Of a DNA stretch of 42,642 bases, positions 27,777 to 38,140 are shown in pieces. The notes under the pieces were generated by a model. The model was not told the DNA's origin, made no database searches, and worked only from the letters and a program-made list of their open reading frames with translations. Position 1 is the stretch's first letter, and each line of letters starts with the position of its first letter. The position numbers and the translations under genes are program-made. Location of the stretch: the NCBI GenBank assembly GCA_017455605.1, contig JAFSZO010000072.1:1-42642 (forward strand), read 5' to 3'. The stretch comes from Clostridia bacterium. GTDB taxonomy: Bacteria; Bacillota; Clostridia; Christensenellales; CAG-1252.

Positions 27777-28785
27777 TTTTTATTACGACCTTCCCGAAGA
27801 CAGGATCGCCCAACACCCCGCCGAACCGAGAGATTCCTCTCGGCTTTTGGTCATTGATCGCGCGAGCGGCGCGTGGCAGGACCGCATTTTTCATGACGTC
27901 ATCGAGTATCTCCGCGCAGGCGACGTCCTCGTGGTCAATAACACAAAGGTCATCCCCGCCCGCCTGATCGGGCACCGCAAGGGGTTTACGGGTGAGGTCG
28001 AGTTCCTCCTCCTGAAACGATTGGATTACACCCATTGGCGTGCCATCGTCCGCCCGGGCAAGAAGCTCGGCGTCGGCGCCGAGGTCGTCTTTTCGGACGA
28101 GCTGTCCGCTCGCGTCACAGAGCGTGGCAAAGAGGGCGAACGCGTCGTGGAGTTTCTCTTCGACGGCGTCTTTGAGGATATCCTCGCCAAGGTCGGCGCG
28201 ATGCCGCTCCCTCCATATATCAAGGAGAAACTTGAGGACAGCTCACGGTATCAGACCGTCTACAGCAAGATCGACGGTTCCGCCGCGGCGCCCACCGCGG
28301 GGCTTCACTTCACCCCCGAGCTGCTGGATCGCATTCGCGCGAAAGGCGTTCGCGTGGTCGAGATCCTTCTGCACGTCGGTCTTTCCACCTTCCGTCCCGT
28401 GAAGGTCGAGAACGTCGAAGACCACAAGATGCACGACGAGTATTACGAGATCTCCGAGGAGGCGGCGGCTGAGATCAACGCAGCGAAATCCGAGGGCAGG
28501 CGAGTGATCTCGGTCGGCACGACTTCGGTGCGTACCCTCGAGAGCGCGGCGGACAGGAAAGGACACGTCCTCGCCGGTAGCGGCAATACCGACATCTTCC
28601 TCTATCCCCCTTACGAGTTCAAGATCGTGGATGGGCTCATCACGAACTTCCACCTTCCCGAAAGTACGCTCTTGATGCTCGTTTCCGCCTTTATGGGCAG
28701 GGAGAAGATCCTGGCGGCGTACAAGCACGCGGTGGACTCTGGGTATCGCTTCTTTAGTTTCGGCGATGCGTGTTTTATCGTATAG
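27763..28785 (+). CDS. queA: S-adenosylmethionine:tRNA ribosyltransferase-isomerase
   Basis: [53 protein letters not shown]. Confidence 0.96.
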   Translation: MKTSDFYYDLPEDRIAQHPAEPRDSSRLLVIDRASGAWQDRIFHDVIEYLRAGDVLVVNNTKVIPARLIGHRKGFTGEVEFLLLKRLDYTHWRAIVRPGKKLGVGAEVVFSDELSARVTERGKEGERVVEFLFDGVFEDILAKVGAMPLPPYIKEKLEDSSRYQTVYSKIDGSAAAPTAGLHFTPELLDRIRAKGVRVVEILLHVGLSTFRPVKVENVEDHKMHDEYYEISEEAAAEINAAKSEGRRVISVGTTSVRTLESAADRKGHVLAGSGNTDIFLYPPYEFKIVDGLITNFHLPESTLLMLVSAFMGREKILAAYKHAVDSGYRFFSFGDACFIV

Positions 28786-28814
28786 GCGGCGCATGTCTGA
28801 TCGTATAGGCGGCG
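28777..28814 (+). repeat. 15-bp direct repeat duplicating the queA 3' end and stop codon
   Basis: ATCGTATAGGCGGCG at 28777-28791 and 28800-28814. Confidence 0.8.
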
Positions 28815-28984
28815 TCATGCTTTGTTACTGCTTCGGAGCTCGACCTCATCGACCGACAAGGTCGACTTCGCCCGATCTCCTTCGCGAGCCTCGCCTGACT
28901 TGCCTCTCCGATCAGACATTGTCTGCTTCGATCAAGGGGTGGGAAAAACATAGAGGTTGTGAGTCTTGCTTCTTCGACCGTAAC

Positions 28985-29172
28985 TAAGTTCGCCTAACGG
29001 CGAGTGAAGTTTGCGGGTGCAAGTGAAGTTGCCTTCGGCAGAGAAGTTTGCGCCGCATCCGGCGCAAGTTGCGGATGAAAGGCGAACTTAACTTCACTGA
29101 GAGCGAAGCGAGCAACTTCACTATGCAATAACTTCACTTTGCGTGCGGTGCGCGCAAAACTTCACCTGCGCA
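28985..29172. repeat. Two-armed AGTGAAGTT / AACTTCACT hairpin-spacer element
   Basis: AGTGAAGTT at 29003 and 29022, AGAGAAGTT at 29040; AACTTCACT at 29090, 29114, 29130, AACTTCACC at 29158; most spacers are hairpins; TAAGTTCGCC (28985) is complementary to GGCGAACTTA (29081). Confidence 0.9.
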
Positions 29173-29226
29173 AGATCAAAACGATCTCGGTGAATGGAAG
29201 AGTGCTATAAAACAATAAGGAAATAG

Positions 29227-30348
<1,122 letters not shown>

Positions 30349-30389
30349 CCTTTCTCGCCCAAAGAAATGGGATAACACCTAAAATCTGC

Positions 30390-30418
30390 TTGTTATTCCG
30401 CCGGAAATAGTGTATACT
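30390..30418 (+). promoter_or_regulatory. Putative sigma-A promoter of yajC
   Basis: TTGTTA-17 nt-TATACT. Confidence 0.55.
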
Positions 30419-30451
30419 TTCGATAGAATATAGGCACAAGGAGAAATTATT

Positions 30452-30871
30452 ATGGTTTCGAATATTATCGCATTGGAAACTTCCAACGTCGTGATGATCG
30501 TGATCCTTTTGGTCCTTTTCGTCGGTATGATGGCGATCTCCATCATCCCGCAGAAGAAGAAGCAGAAGGAATACGCCGCCATGCAGGAGGCGATCAAGGT
30601 CGGCACCCGTATCATGACCATCGGCAGGCTCGTCGGCACCGTCGTGGCGATCAACACCGATAACACCATCGAGGTCGACATCGGCGCGAAGGGCTCTCCC
30701 GTCGTCATCGTCATCAATCGCGAAGGCATCGGTCTGAATCTCGACGCACAACAGGTCGCGCCGGGCAGCAAGGGCGACATCAAGGCGGACGACAAGTCCG
30801 GTGACGTCGACGCCGAGGACGCCTCTGCCGAGGCTCCCACCGAGGAGAAGAAGGACGACGACGCGATCTGA
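30452..30871 (+). CDS. yajC: Preprotein translocase subunit YajC
   Basis: Single TM segment then PQKKKQKE..IKVG..TIGRLVGTV; tgt-yajC synteny; acidic tail. Confidence 0.9.
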   Translation: MVSNIIALETSNVVMIVILLVLFVGMMAISIIPQKKKQKEYAAMQEAIKVGTRIMTIGRLVGTVVAINTDNTIEVDIGAKGSPVVIVINREGIGLNLDAQQVAPGSKGDIKADDKSGDVDAEDASAEAPTEEKKDDDAI

Positions 30872-30896
30872 TCGCGAGCGTTCATTTGTTTAAACG

Positions 30897-30929
30897 AAAG
30901 GGAAGGATCATTACTCCTTCCTTTTTTTT
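30897..30929 (+). terminator. Rho-independent terminator after yajC
   Basis: AAAGGGAAGGA-N7-TCCTTCCTTT followed by a T-run. Confidence 0.8.
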
Positions 30930-31128
30930 GTTTTCGTCAGAAGAGTGCCGTCTTATGTTCGTCCGCTTTTTCGTCCGATGATGGCTTTTTGTCGGCGGTG
31001 CAATGCTTGACGTCCCGGTCGCTTCGTGAGTAGGACCGCATCGTTTGGAAAAGGGTTTTTGTCTTGTCGGATCGCATTTTTTATACATATCCCTCCGTTC
31101 TTCCGCATACTCTTTCTCGGAGGTGCTT

Positions 31129-31524
31129 ATGGAAAAAGGTGTTGCTCGTCAAATCTTGGATATCGTCAAGACCGTCGTGATCGCGATCTTGATCTCTATG
31201 GTCTCGGTTCTCGTCTTCGCTCTCGTCGTGAAGTCGACGGACGTCGGAGAGGACGTGATCGGATACGTGAACCTCGCCATCAAGATCCTGTCCGTCGTGA
31301 TCGGCTGTTTGGTCGGCTTCCGTCGAGGGAGCGGATTCGGTTGGCTCAAGGGCGTGATCTCGGGACTTTTATACGTCGTTACGTCCTTTCTCGTCTTTTC
31401 GGCGATCTCGGGCGAGTTCTCCCTCGCGGACGTTTCCGTTCTCGATCTCGTGACGGGCGCCGTGGTGGGGCTGCTCTCGGGCGTGCTGACCGTGAACCTC
31501 AAAAAGAGCCCGAAAAACGCTTGA
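31129..31524 (+). CDS. Four-TM membrane protein (TIGR04086/YrzE-like)
   Basis: GGAGGTG RBS and ATG 31129; four hydrophobic segments with GWLKGVISGLLY; position between yajC and SCIFF is typical of this family. Confidence 0.75.
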   Translation: MEKGVARQILDIVKTVVIAILISMVSVLVFALVVKSTDVGEDVIGYVNLAIKILSVVIGCLVGFRRGSGFGWLKGVISGLLYVVTSFLVFSAISGEFSLADVSVLDLVTGAVVGLLSGVLTVNLKKSPKNA

Positions 31525-31550
31525 TAATAATAGAAAATATATGCTATAAT
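31521..31550 (+). promoter_or_regulatory. Sigma-A promoter of scfAB
   Basis: TTGATA-18 nt-TATAAT with extended TG. Confidence 0.75.
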
Positions 31551-31599
31551 TTTATCAAATAAAAAGAGCGGTCTCGCCGCTCCGATCAAGGAGAAAATT

Positions 31600-31770
31600 A
31601 TGAAGCATATCAGCACCATTGCGAAAACCGAAAGAAAGTCCACCGTCATCGGCTGTGCCGAGTGCCAGTCCAGCTGCCAGTCCGCTTGCAAGACCAGCTG
31701 CACCGTCGGCAATCAGACTTGCAAGCAGGAAGAAAGGATCAATAATCAAAAGAAGAACGAGACCCTTTGA
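31600..31770 (+). CDS. scfA: Six-cysteine ranthipeptide precursor SCIFF, 56 aa (not in ORF track)
   Basis: AAGGAG RBS; MKHISTIAKTERKSTVIGCAECQSSCQSACKTSCTVGNQTCKQEERINNQKKNETL contains the SCIFF core CQxSCQSACKTSCTVGNQ. Confidence 0.95.
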   Translation: MKHISTIAKTERKSTVIGCAECQSSCQSACKTSCTVGNQTCKQEERINNQKKNETL

Positions 31771-31777
31771 TCTCTCA

Positions 31778-33145
31778 ATGAGGCTCATTACTCATAGTTT
31801 CCCCTTCTCGTACAAAGGCGAAACTTTTTACCTCGTCTATCATCCGTACAGCAACAGTCTGCATTCGGTCGATCGCAAGGCGTATCTCGTTATCAAACAT
31901 AAGTACGAAGAGTTGAGTCCGCAAGAACTTGCGGACTTTTCCGCGCTTTCTCAGGCGGAGGTCGCCGAGATCGAGTCCGAGATCGCCGAGCTGGAGTCGC
32001 AGGGGCTCCTCGGCGTCGACGAGACTTTCCCGTATCGGAAGTCCGACGTCGTCAAGGCGCTCTGTTTGCACGTCTGTCACGACTGCAATCTCCGTTGCAA
32101 ATACTGCTTCGCCAAAGAGGGTACCTACAACACCGCCCGCGACTATATGACCGAGGAGGTCGCTCGTGCGGCGATCGACTTCCTGATCGCGAGAAGCGGG
32201 TCGAGGCATAACCTCGAGATCGACTTTTTCGGCGGGGAACCCTTGATGAATATGTCCGTCGTGAAGGCGGCTGTCGCCTACGGCAAGGAGCGCGCGGCGC
32301 AAGCGGGCAAAGAGCTCAGCTTCACGATGACCACGAACGCCCTTCTTTTAAACGACGAGAACATCGATTTCCTCAATCGCGAGATGGACAACGTCGTCAT
32401 CAGCATCGACGGCAGAGAAGAGGTGCACAATCGTGTCCGTACGACCCGCAGCGGGGCGAATGCCTACGGGGCGATCCTCTCCGCGGCGAAAAAATTCCGC
32501 GCGGTGCGCGGGGACAAGCGCTATTACATTCGCGGCACCTTCACCGCCTACAATCTCGATTTCGCTTCCGACGTCTTGGCGCTCGCCGACGCGGGCTTCG
32601 ATCAGATCTCGGTCGAGCCGGTGGTCTTGCCCCCCGAGGATCCGATGGCGATCACTTCGGACAAGGTCGGCACCGTACTCGCAGAGTACGATCGCCTCGC
32701 CGAGGCGTACATCGACCGTCGTGCGAACGGGAAGTGGTTCAACTTTTTCCATTTCATGATCGACCTCGAGAGCGGACCTTGCATCATGAAGCGCCTTTCC
32801 GGTTGCTCCGCGGGATGCGGCTATTTGGCGGTCTCTCCCGTCGGCGACGTCTATCCTTGCCACCAGTTCGTGGGGCAGGAAGGTTATTTGATCGGTAACG
32901 TTTTGGACGGGTCTTTCGATCCTTCCGTACGTGAGACCTTTGCCGAGATCACGGTGAACAACAAGGCGAAGTGCGAGAACTGTTTCGCGAAGTACTATTG
33001 CAGCGGCGGATGCGTCGCGGCTTCGCATTATTATGAAAAGGATCTCTTTACTCCCTATGCGGCGGGGTGTGAAATGATGAAGAAGAGGCTCGAGTGCTCG
33101 CTCGGGATCTACGCCGTGGAGAAAAAAATCAACGAAAAGCGTTGA
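31778..33145 (+). CDS. scfB: SCIFF radical SAM/SPASM thioether maturase
   Basis: KALCLHVCHDCNLRCKYCFA, FFGGEP, GCSAG..YLAVSP.GDVYPCHQF, CxxC....CSGGC SPASM domain; the track's 31619 start overlaps scfA, so ATG 31778 is preferred. Confidence 0.92.
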   Translation: MRLITHSFPFSYKGETFYLVYHPYSNSLHSVDRKAYLVIKHKYEELSPQELADFSALSQAEVAEIESEIAELESQGLLGVDETFPYRKSDVVKALCLHVCHDCNLRCKYCFAKEGTYNTARDYMTEEVARAAIDFLIARSGSRHNLEIDFFGGEPLMNMSVVKAAVAYGKERAAQAGKELSFTMTTNALLLNDENIDFLNREMDNVVISIDGREEVHNRVRTTRSGANAYGAILSAAKKFRAVRGDKRYYIRGTFTAYNLDFASDVLALADAGFDQISVEPVVLPPEDPMAITSDKVGTVLAEYDRLAEAYIDRRANGKWFNFFHFMIDLESGPCIMKRLSGCSAGCGYLAVSPVGDVYPCHQFVGQEGYLIGNVLDGSFDPSVRETFAEITVNNKAKCENCFAKYYCSGGCVAASHYYEKDLFTPYAAGCEMMKKRLECSLGIYAVEKKINEKR

Positions 33146-33171
33146 CTTGCATTTACTATTATATATATAAT
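33142..33171 (+). promoter_or_regulatory. Putative sigma-A promoter of secDF
   Basis: TTGACT-18 nt-TATAAT. Confidence 0.65.
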
Positions 33172-33204
33172 AGTTAGGTAATACTATTTTTTGGAGGCAT
33201 TACA

Positions 33205-34698
33205 GTGGCGACTTCACCGAGAGAAATCGGCTCCAAGCCCAAAATGACCAAAGCGAAAGCGATCGTCGTCTTCGCGATCCTGGGGGTCCTGATCCTCATG
33301 GGCGCGATCTTTGCGTTCGTTTCCTTGGACAACGGCGAGCTCGGAGTATACGATTACAAGGCTTTTCCGAGGACGATCAGTCTCGGTCTTGATATGAAAG
33401 GCGGCGTTTACGCCGTTTTCGAAGCAAATACCGCAGACCGTGACGACAACTTTTCTTCCCGTATGGACGGCACCGTCGAGCAGCTTTCCAAGATGCTCTA
33501 CGACAAGGGCTACACCGAGGCTACGGTCGGCAAGGTCGGCGAGGACAGGATCCGCGTCGAGGTTCCTGACGTTTCCGATCCCGAGACGCTCTTCACCTTG
33601 ATCGGCACGCCGTCGAGCTTGGAGTTCAGAACGGAAGGCAAGGACGACACCTTCACCGACGACGGCTTGTGGGTCACGGGTAAAGACCTCGCGAACGCCT
33701 ACGTCTCCGTCAACGAAGACAACGAATACGTCATTGCGCTGCAGTTCGATGCGGAAGGCACCAAAAAGTTCGCCGAAGCGACCACCGAGCTGAACGGCAA
33801 GGCGCTCAACATCTGGATCAACGGCGACTTGGTCATGGGCCCGACGGTTAACTCCGTGATCTCGGACGGCAGGGCGATCATCACGAGCAGCGAATGGGCG
33901 CAGAGCTACACGACCGCGAACGAATACGTGACCAAGCTCCTCGCGGGCGCTTTCGACGTCGAGCTGAAGCTCGTCGAGAGCCGTGAGATCTCCGCTACCC
34001 TCGGTGACAACGCTCTCTCCACCAGTTTGATCATCGGCGCGATCGCGATCGCGATCATCATCTTGCTCCTGATCCTCTTGTATCGCATGCTCGGCGTGGC
34101 TTCGGGCATCGCGCTCATCTACTACATCATCACCTACGTCTTCATCCTGTCCGTCTTCCCGTGGGTGCAGCTCACCCTCGCAGGTATCGCGGGCGTGCTG
34201 ATCAGTATCGGTATGGCGGTCGACGCGAACGTCATCATCTTCTCCCGTATCAAGGACGAGTATCGTTCCGGCACGGGTGACATCTCCATCCAGACGGCGG
34301 TCACTTCCGGTTTCAAGAAGTCCATCTCCGCCATCATGGACGGTAACGTGACGACCCTTCTCGGCTGTCTCGTGATGTACCTGCTCGGTACCTCTGCGAT
34401 CAAGAGCTTTGCTCTTACCCTCGCGATCGGTATCTTGATCAGTATCTTCACCGCTCTCGTGGTCACGAGGCTCCTCGTGAACGGCTTCTTGACCTTCAAC
34501 AGGGAGAATCCGAAGCTGTACAACCTCTACAACAAGTTCAAGGAGGAGGCTGCGGCGGAGCGTTCGGCGGCTGCCCTCGCTCAGGCGACTGTCGTCACGG
34601 CGCCCGTCGACGCGACGGTTGATACCTCGAGCGCTACGGAGGAGGTCGATGAGTCCGACGAGCCCATCAAGACTGAGGAGGTGACCGACAATGACTAA
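33205..34698 (+). CDS. secD: Protein translocase subunit SecD
   Basis: LGLDMKGG, RIRVEVP, LTLAGIAG..IGMAVDANVIIF, IMDGNVTT; GTG start after GGAGG. Confidence 0.95.
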   Translation: MATSPREIGSKPKMTKAKAIVVFAILGVLILMGAIFAFVSLDNGELGVYDYKAFPRTISLGLDMKGGVYAVFEANTADRDDNFSSRMDGTVEQLSKMLYDKGYTEATVGKVGEDRIRVEVPDVSDPETLFTLIGTPSSLEFRTEGKDDTFTDDGLWVTGKDLANAYVSVNEDNEYVIALQFDAEGTKKFAEATTELNGKALNIWINGDLVMGPTVNSVISDGRAIITSSEWAQSYTTANEYVTKLLAGAFDVELKLVESREISATLGDNALSTSLIIGAIAIAIIILLLILLYRMLGVASGIALIYYIITYVFILSVFPWVQLTLAGIAGVLISIGMAVDANVIIFSRIKDEYRSGTGDISIQTAVTSGFKKSISAIMDGNVTTLLGCLVMYLLGTSAIKSFALTLAIGILISIFTALVVTRLLVNGFLTFNRENPKLYNLYNKFKEEAAAERSAAALAQATVVTAPVDATVDTSSATEEVDESDEPIKTEEVTDND

Positions 34699-35743
34699 GC
34701 GCAGTTTCAAAGATTTCAGCATCCGCAAGCTGGACCTCAGCTCGTATGACGTTCATTTCCTGTCCAAGTATCGCATTTGGTTTGCGATCCCGCTCGTTGT
34801 GATCCTCATCGCCGTCATCGTCTTCTCGGTGTTCGCCATCGTGAATAAGGACGCACAGGATGGTATGAACCTCGGCATTGACTTCACCGGCGGTACCGTT
34901 ATGACGGTCACGGTCGGCAATGCGCTGGAGGAAGAGGGTGCATACGCCGAATACAGCGAGGCGCTTCGCAAAATCGTCGAAGACGCCGGCTACAACGTCA
35001 GCTACGTACAGAAATCCGGCACGGGGGCCGAGGCGGGCGTCATGCTGAAGTATCAGAACAAAGACGCCGACATTGAGGCGAGCAACCAGGCGATGAAGGA
35101 CGCGATCACCTTACGTTATCCTTCCGTCACTGCGGAAGATGTCTCTCTCGAGTCCATCAGTGCCTCTTCCGCCAACGACCTGCTTGAAAAGGCGCTCATC
35201 TCCCTCGCCGTGATCTTCGTGGTCATGCTGGTCTACATCGCGATCAGGTTCGAGCTGTGGAGCGGTATTTCCGCTTTGATCGCCTTGATCCACGACGTGC
35301 TGATGATGATCGCGTTCACCATCATCTTCCACATCGAGGTCAACACGACCTACGTCGCCGCCGTCATCACGATCGTCGCGTACAGTATCAACAACACGAT
35401 CATCGTCTTCGACAGAGTGCGTGAGTTGATGCCCAAGACGCAGAAAGCCTACGGATCGCGTAGGGAGCCGCTCGCACGTAACATCGAGGAGGCAGTCAAC
35501 GAGACCTTTACCCGTTCCGCCGTCTCCACCCTTACGACGATGATCCCGGTCTTCCTGCTCGGCGTCTTCGGCGTGCTGTCTCTCCGTCAGTTTGCTTGGC
35601 CGATCATGTTCGGTTTGGTCGCCGGTGCATTCTCATCCTTGTTCCTCGCTCCCACGATCTATTACCTGATCCGCAACGCGGTCAACGAGGCGAAGGACAG
35701 AAAGAATACCAAAGCGCCTCAGCTCAAGCAAGCACGCAGATAA
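34691..35743 (+). CDS. secF: Protein translocase subunit SecF
   Basis: NLGIDFTGG, YIAIRF, ALIHDV, AYSINNTIIVFDRVRE. Confidence 0.95.
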   Translation: MTKRSFKDFSIRKLDLSSYDVHFLSKYRIWFAIPLVVILIAVIVFSVFAIVNKDAQDGMNLGIDFTGGTVMTVTVGNALEEEGAYAEYSEALRKIVEDAGYNVSYVQKSGTGAEAGVMLKYQNKDADIEASNQAMKDAITLRYPSVTAEDVSLESISASSANDLLEKALISLAVIFVVMLVYIAIRFELWSGISALIALIHDVLMMIAFTIIFHIEVNTTYVAAVITIVAYSINNTIIVFDRVRELMPKTQKAYGSRREPLARNIEEAVNETFTRSAVSTLTTMIPVFLLGVFGVLSLRQFAWPIMFGLVAGAFSSLFLAPTIYYLIRNAVNEAKDRKNTKAPQLKQARR

Positions 35744-35765
35744 CGTGGGATCTACCGATGAAAAG

Positions 35766-35791
35766 AAAAGGGGGCGTTGCACGCCCCTTTT
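35766..35791 (+). terminator. Terminator-like hairpin after secF
   Basis: AAAAGGGGGCGT-TGC-ACGCCCCTTTT. Confidence 0.65.
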
Positions 35792-35809
35792 CCATAATAT
35801 ACGATAACT

Positions 35810-38140
35810 ATGATCGAGATCGAAAAAGGGAAAATCAAAGACCTTTCACAAAGGATAGGAGTCAGCGAGCGCTTCGCCGAGCTTTTGATCCGTCGCGGAT
35901 TTGACGACGTTGAGTCGGCGAATGCTTTTCTGTATCCCTCTCGCGACGCCTTGGAAGATCCTTTCCGTTTGACGGGGATGCGTGAGGCGGCAGATCGTAT
36001 TCGGGCGGCGATCGACGGCGGAGAAAAGATCGTCGTATACGGCGATTACGATTGCGACGGCATCACCGCTACCGCGATCTTGGTCGATTACCTCTCCTCG
36101 GTCGGCGCCGACGTAGATTATTTTATCCCCAATCGTTTCGATACCGGCTACGGGCTCTCCACCGAGACGCTCGAGGAGATCGCGGAGCGTATTTCTCCCG
36201 ATCTTATTGTGACGGTGGACTGCGGCGTCTCTTCCGTATCGGAGGCGGAATACGCGATCGAGGTGCTCGGCATCGATCTCGTCGTAACCGATCACCATAT
36301 CCTTCCCGACGTTTTGCCAGACACCGTCGTCGTCAATCCACGCCTCGATCCGACGTCCGCTTCTACGGACCTCTGCGGCGCAGGCGTCGCGTACAAGCTC
36401 GTCACCGCGCTCGGCGGTGAGGCTGCCTCTTGGAAGTATATCGAGATCGCCGCGATCGGCACCATCGCCGACGTCGTGCCTCTCACCCGTGAGAATCGTC
36501 TGATCGCCTCTCTCGGTATCAAGAAGATCCGTTCCCGCGAGCCGATCAACAAGGGTTTGCGTATGCTGATCGAAGCGGCAGGGTGTCGACGCGAGGAGCT
36601 GACCGCCTCAGACGTCGGCTTTTATATCTCCCCGCGTATCAATGCGCTAGGTCGCATCGAGGAGTGCAGCGAGGTGGTGACCCTCTTTACCACGGAGGAG
36701 TACGTCGTCTTGCAGGGCTTGATCGAGAAGCTGGATCGGGTGAACGAACTGCGCAAGTCTCTCGTTGAACGGGAGCTTGCCGAAGCCATCGAAATGATGA
36801 AGGACTACGACCTCATCGCGCACAAGGTCATTATGCTCTGCGATCCCAAGTGGAATGCGGGCGTTTTGGGCTTGGTCGCGGGCAGGCTAAAGGATCGTTT
36901 TCATCGTCCCGTCGTCCTTTTGACGGGTGAGGACGAGTTGCGCGGCAGTTGCCGTTCCCCCGAAGGGGTGGATATGGTCGCCACGCTCAAGGCTGCCGAG
37001 AGCGTCCTCATGAAATACGGCGGACACAGCAGGGCGGCAGGGCTATCCGTCGAACGTGCCAACGTGATCGCCGCGCGCGATCTGATGGACGCGTATCTCG
37101 AGCGCACTTGCTCCAACGAGGTCTTTTCTCGCAGCGAGAGCTATGACCTCGATCTCTCTCCCGAGGAGGTGACGCTCTCCTTTGCGGATGAGGTCTCCCT
37201 CTTTGAGCCGACCGGTGCGGGGAATCCCGCTCCGAAGTTTCGCTTTGACAGCGCGGTCGCACCCCTCGCGCCTTTCGGTACGGGCGCGCACGCTAAGTGC
37301 CGCTTGTGGCGGGAAGGGGAGATCGTCGCCTTTCGGCAGGCACCTCTCGCGGAGGCGATCGCGAGCGGCGCTACCTTCGACCTCGTGTGTAATCTCTCCA
37401 AAAACGTCTTTAACAATCGTGCTACGGCGCAAATGTGCGTCCGTGAGGTTTTCCCGCGTGAACTTACCTTGCGTGCGGACGATCCCTCTCTCTTTAACCG
37501 CTATCTCCGCTCCAACCTCTACAAAGAGGAGCCGTGCGCTTCTACGGCGATCGAGGCGTCGCGGCTTGCGGACGCTCTGTACGACGACGACTTTTGCACG
37601 CAATTCATCGCCTTCTCGAATGAGAATGCCGATCTCGTGCGTCGCGATCCCGTGCTCGCCTCGAAGGTGCGCAAGTGTGCCTACGGCTCTAACGACGACA
37701 ATCCTTGGAATGAGGTGATCTTCGCTCCCGAGGATGACGCGCATCTCGGCTACAAGCGTATCGTCTTGTTGGACACGCCTCTCTCCACGGGCTATGCGGC
37801 GAGACTCGTCAAGAATACCGGCGCGGAGCTCTTCGTCGTCAAGGATCGCTATCCCTTTGCCGACTTCTTCCGTCGAGCCGACCTTTCGGCTGATGCGATC
37901 GGAAGGACTTTTGAGGGGATCAGGAGGTTTCTCTTCGCCGGAGGCAGGGCGATCTCGCCTCTCGACCTGATGCGCAAGGTCGAGCCGAACGACGTCGCCT
38001 TCTTGCTCCGTTTCTACGTCCTGTACGAAAGCGGATCCATCGCCATCGGGCAGAATTTCTCCCTTTCTCCTTCGACTCTTCGCGATCATTCCGCTTCTAC
38101 TCTCTATCTCCGCACGTTGGCGCTGAAGAAACGGCTATGA
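35810..38140 (+). CDS. recJ: Single-stranded DNA exonuclease RecJ with long C-terminal domain
   Basis: YGDYDCDG, PNRF..GYG, TVDCG, TDHH, GTIADVVPL, PRINALGR, GGHSRAAG, EPTGAGNP. Confidence 0.93.
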   Translation: MIEIEKGKIKDLSQRIGVSERFAELLIRRGFDDVESANAFLYPSRDALEDPFRLTGMREAADRIRAAIDGGEKIVVYGDYDCDGITATAILVDYLSSVGADVDYFIPNRFDTGYGLSTETLEEIAERISPDLIVTVDCGVSSVSEAEYAIEVLGIDLVVTDHHILPDVLPDTVVVNPRLDPTSASTDLCGAGVAYKLVTALGGEAASWKYIEIAAIGTIADVVPLTRENRLIASLGIKKIRSREPINKGLRMLIEAAGCRREELTASDVGFYISPRINALGRIEECSEVVTLFTTEEYVVLQGLIEKLDRVNELRKSLVERELAEAIEMMKDYDLIAHKVIMLCDPKWNAGVLGLVAGRLKDRFHRPVVLLTGEDELRGSCRSPEGVDMVATLKAAESVLMKYGGHSRAAGLSVERANVIAARDLMDAYLERTCSNEVFSRSESYDLDLSPEEVTLSFADEVSLFEPTGAGNPAPKFRFDSAVAPLAPFGTGAHAKCRLWREGEIVAFRQAPLAEAIASGATFDLVCNLSKNVFNNRATAQMCVREVFPRELTLRADDPSLFNRYLRSNLYKEEPCASTAIEASRLADALYDDDFCTQFIAFSNENADLVRRDPVLASKVRKCAYGSNDDNPWNEVIFAPEDDAHLGYKRIVLLDTPLSTGYAARLVKNTGAELFVVKDRYPFADFFRRADLSADAIGRTFEGIRRFLFAGGRAISPLDLMRKVEPNDVAFLLRFYVLYESGSIAIGQNFSLSPSTLRDHSASTLYLRTLALKKRL

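Noticed and set aside
28766-28987. 73-aa ORF in the queA-tgt gap
   Set aside because: No RBS, overlaps the queA end, and has no recognisable motif
31045-31128. Upstream TTG start giving MEKGF..., resembling the MEKGV... start at 31129
   Set aside because: The similarity is short and probably chance; only the 31129 ATG has a GGAGGTG RBS
31619-31777. Ser/Pro/Ala-rich N-terminal extension of the radical SAM ORF
   Set aside because: It is an out-of-frame reading of scfA, which has the RBS and the conserved SCIFF motif
30760-34698. Acidic low-complexity C-terminal tails on YajC and SecD
   Set aside because: Variable disordered tails are common on these proteins, and no specific motif or repeat was seen
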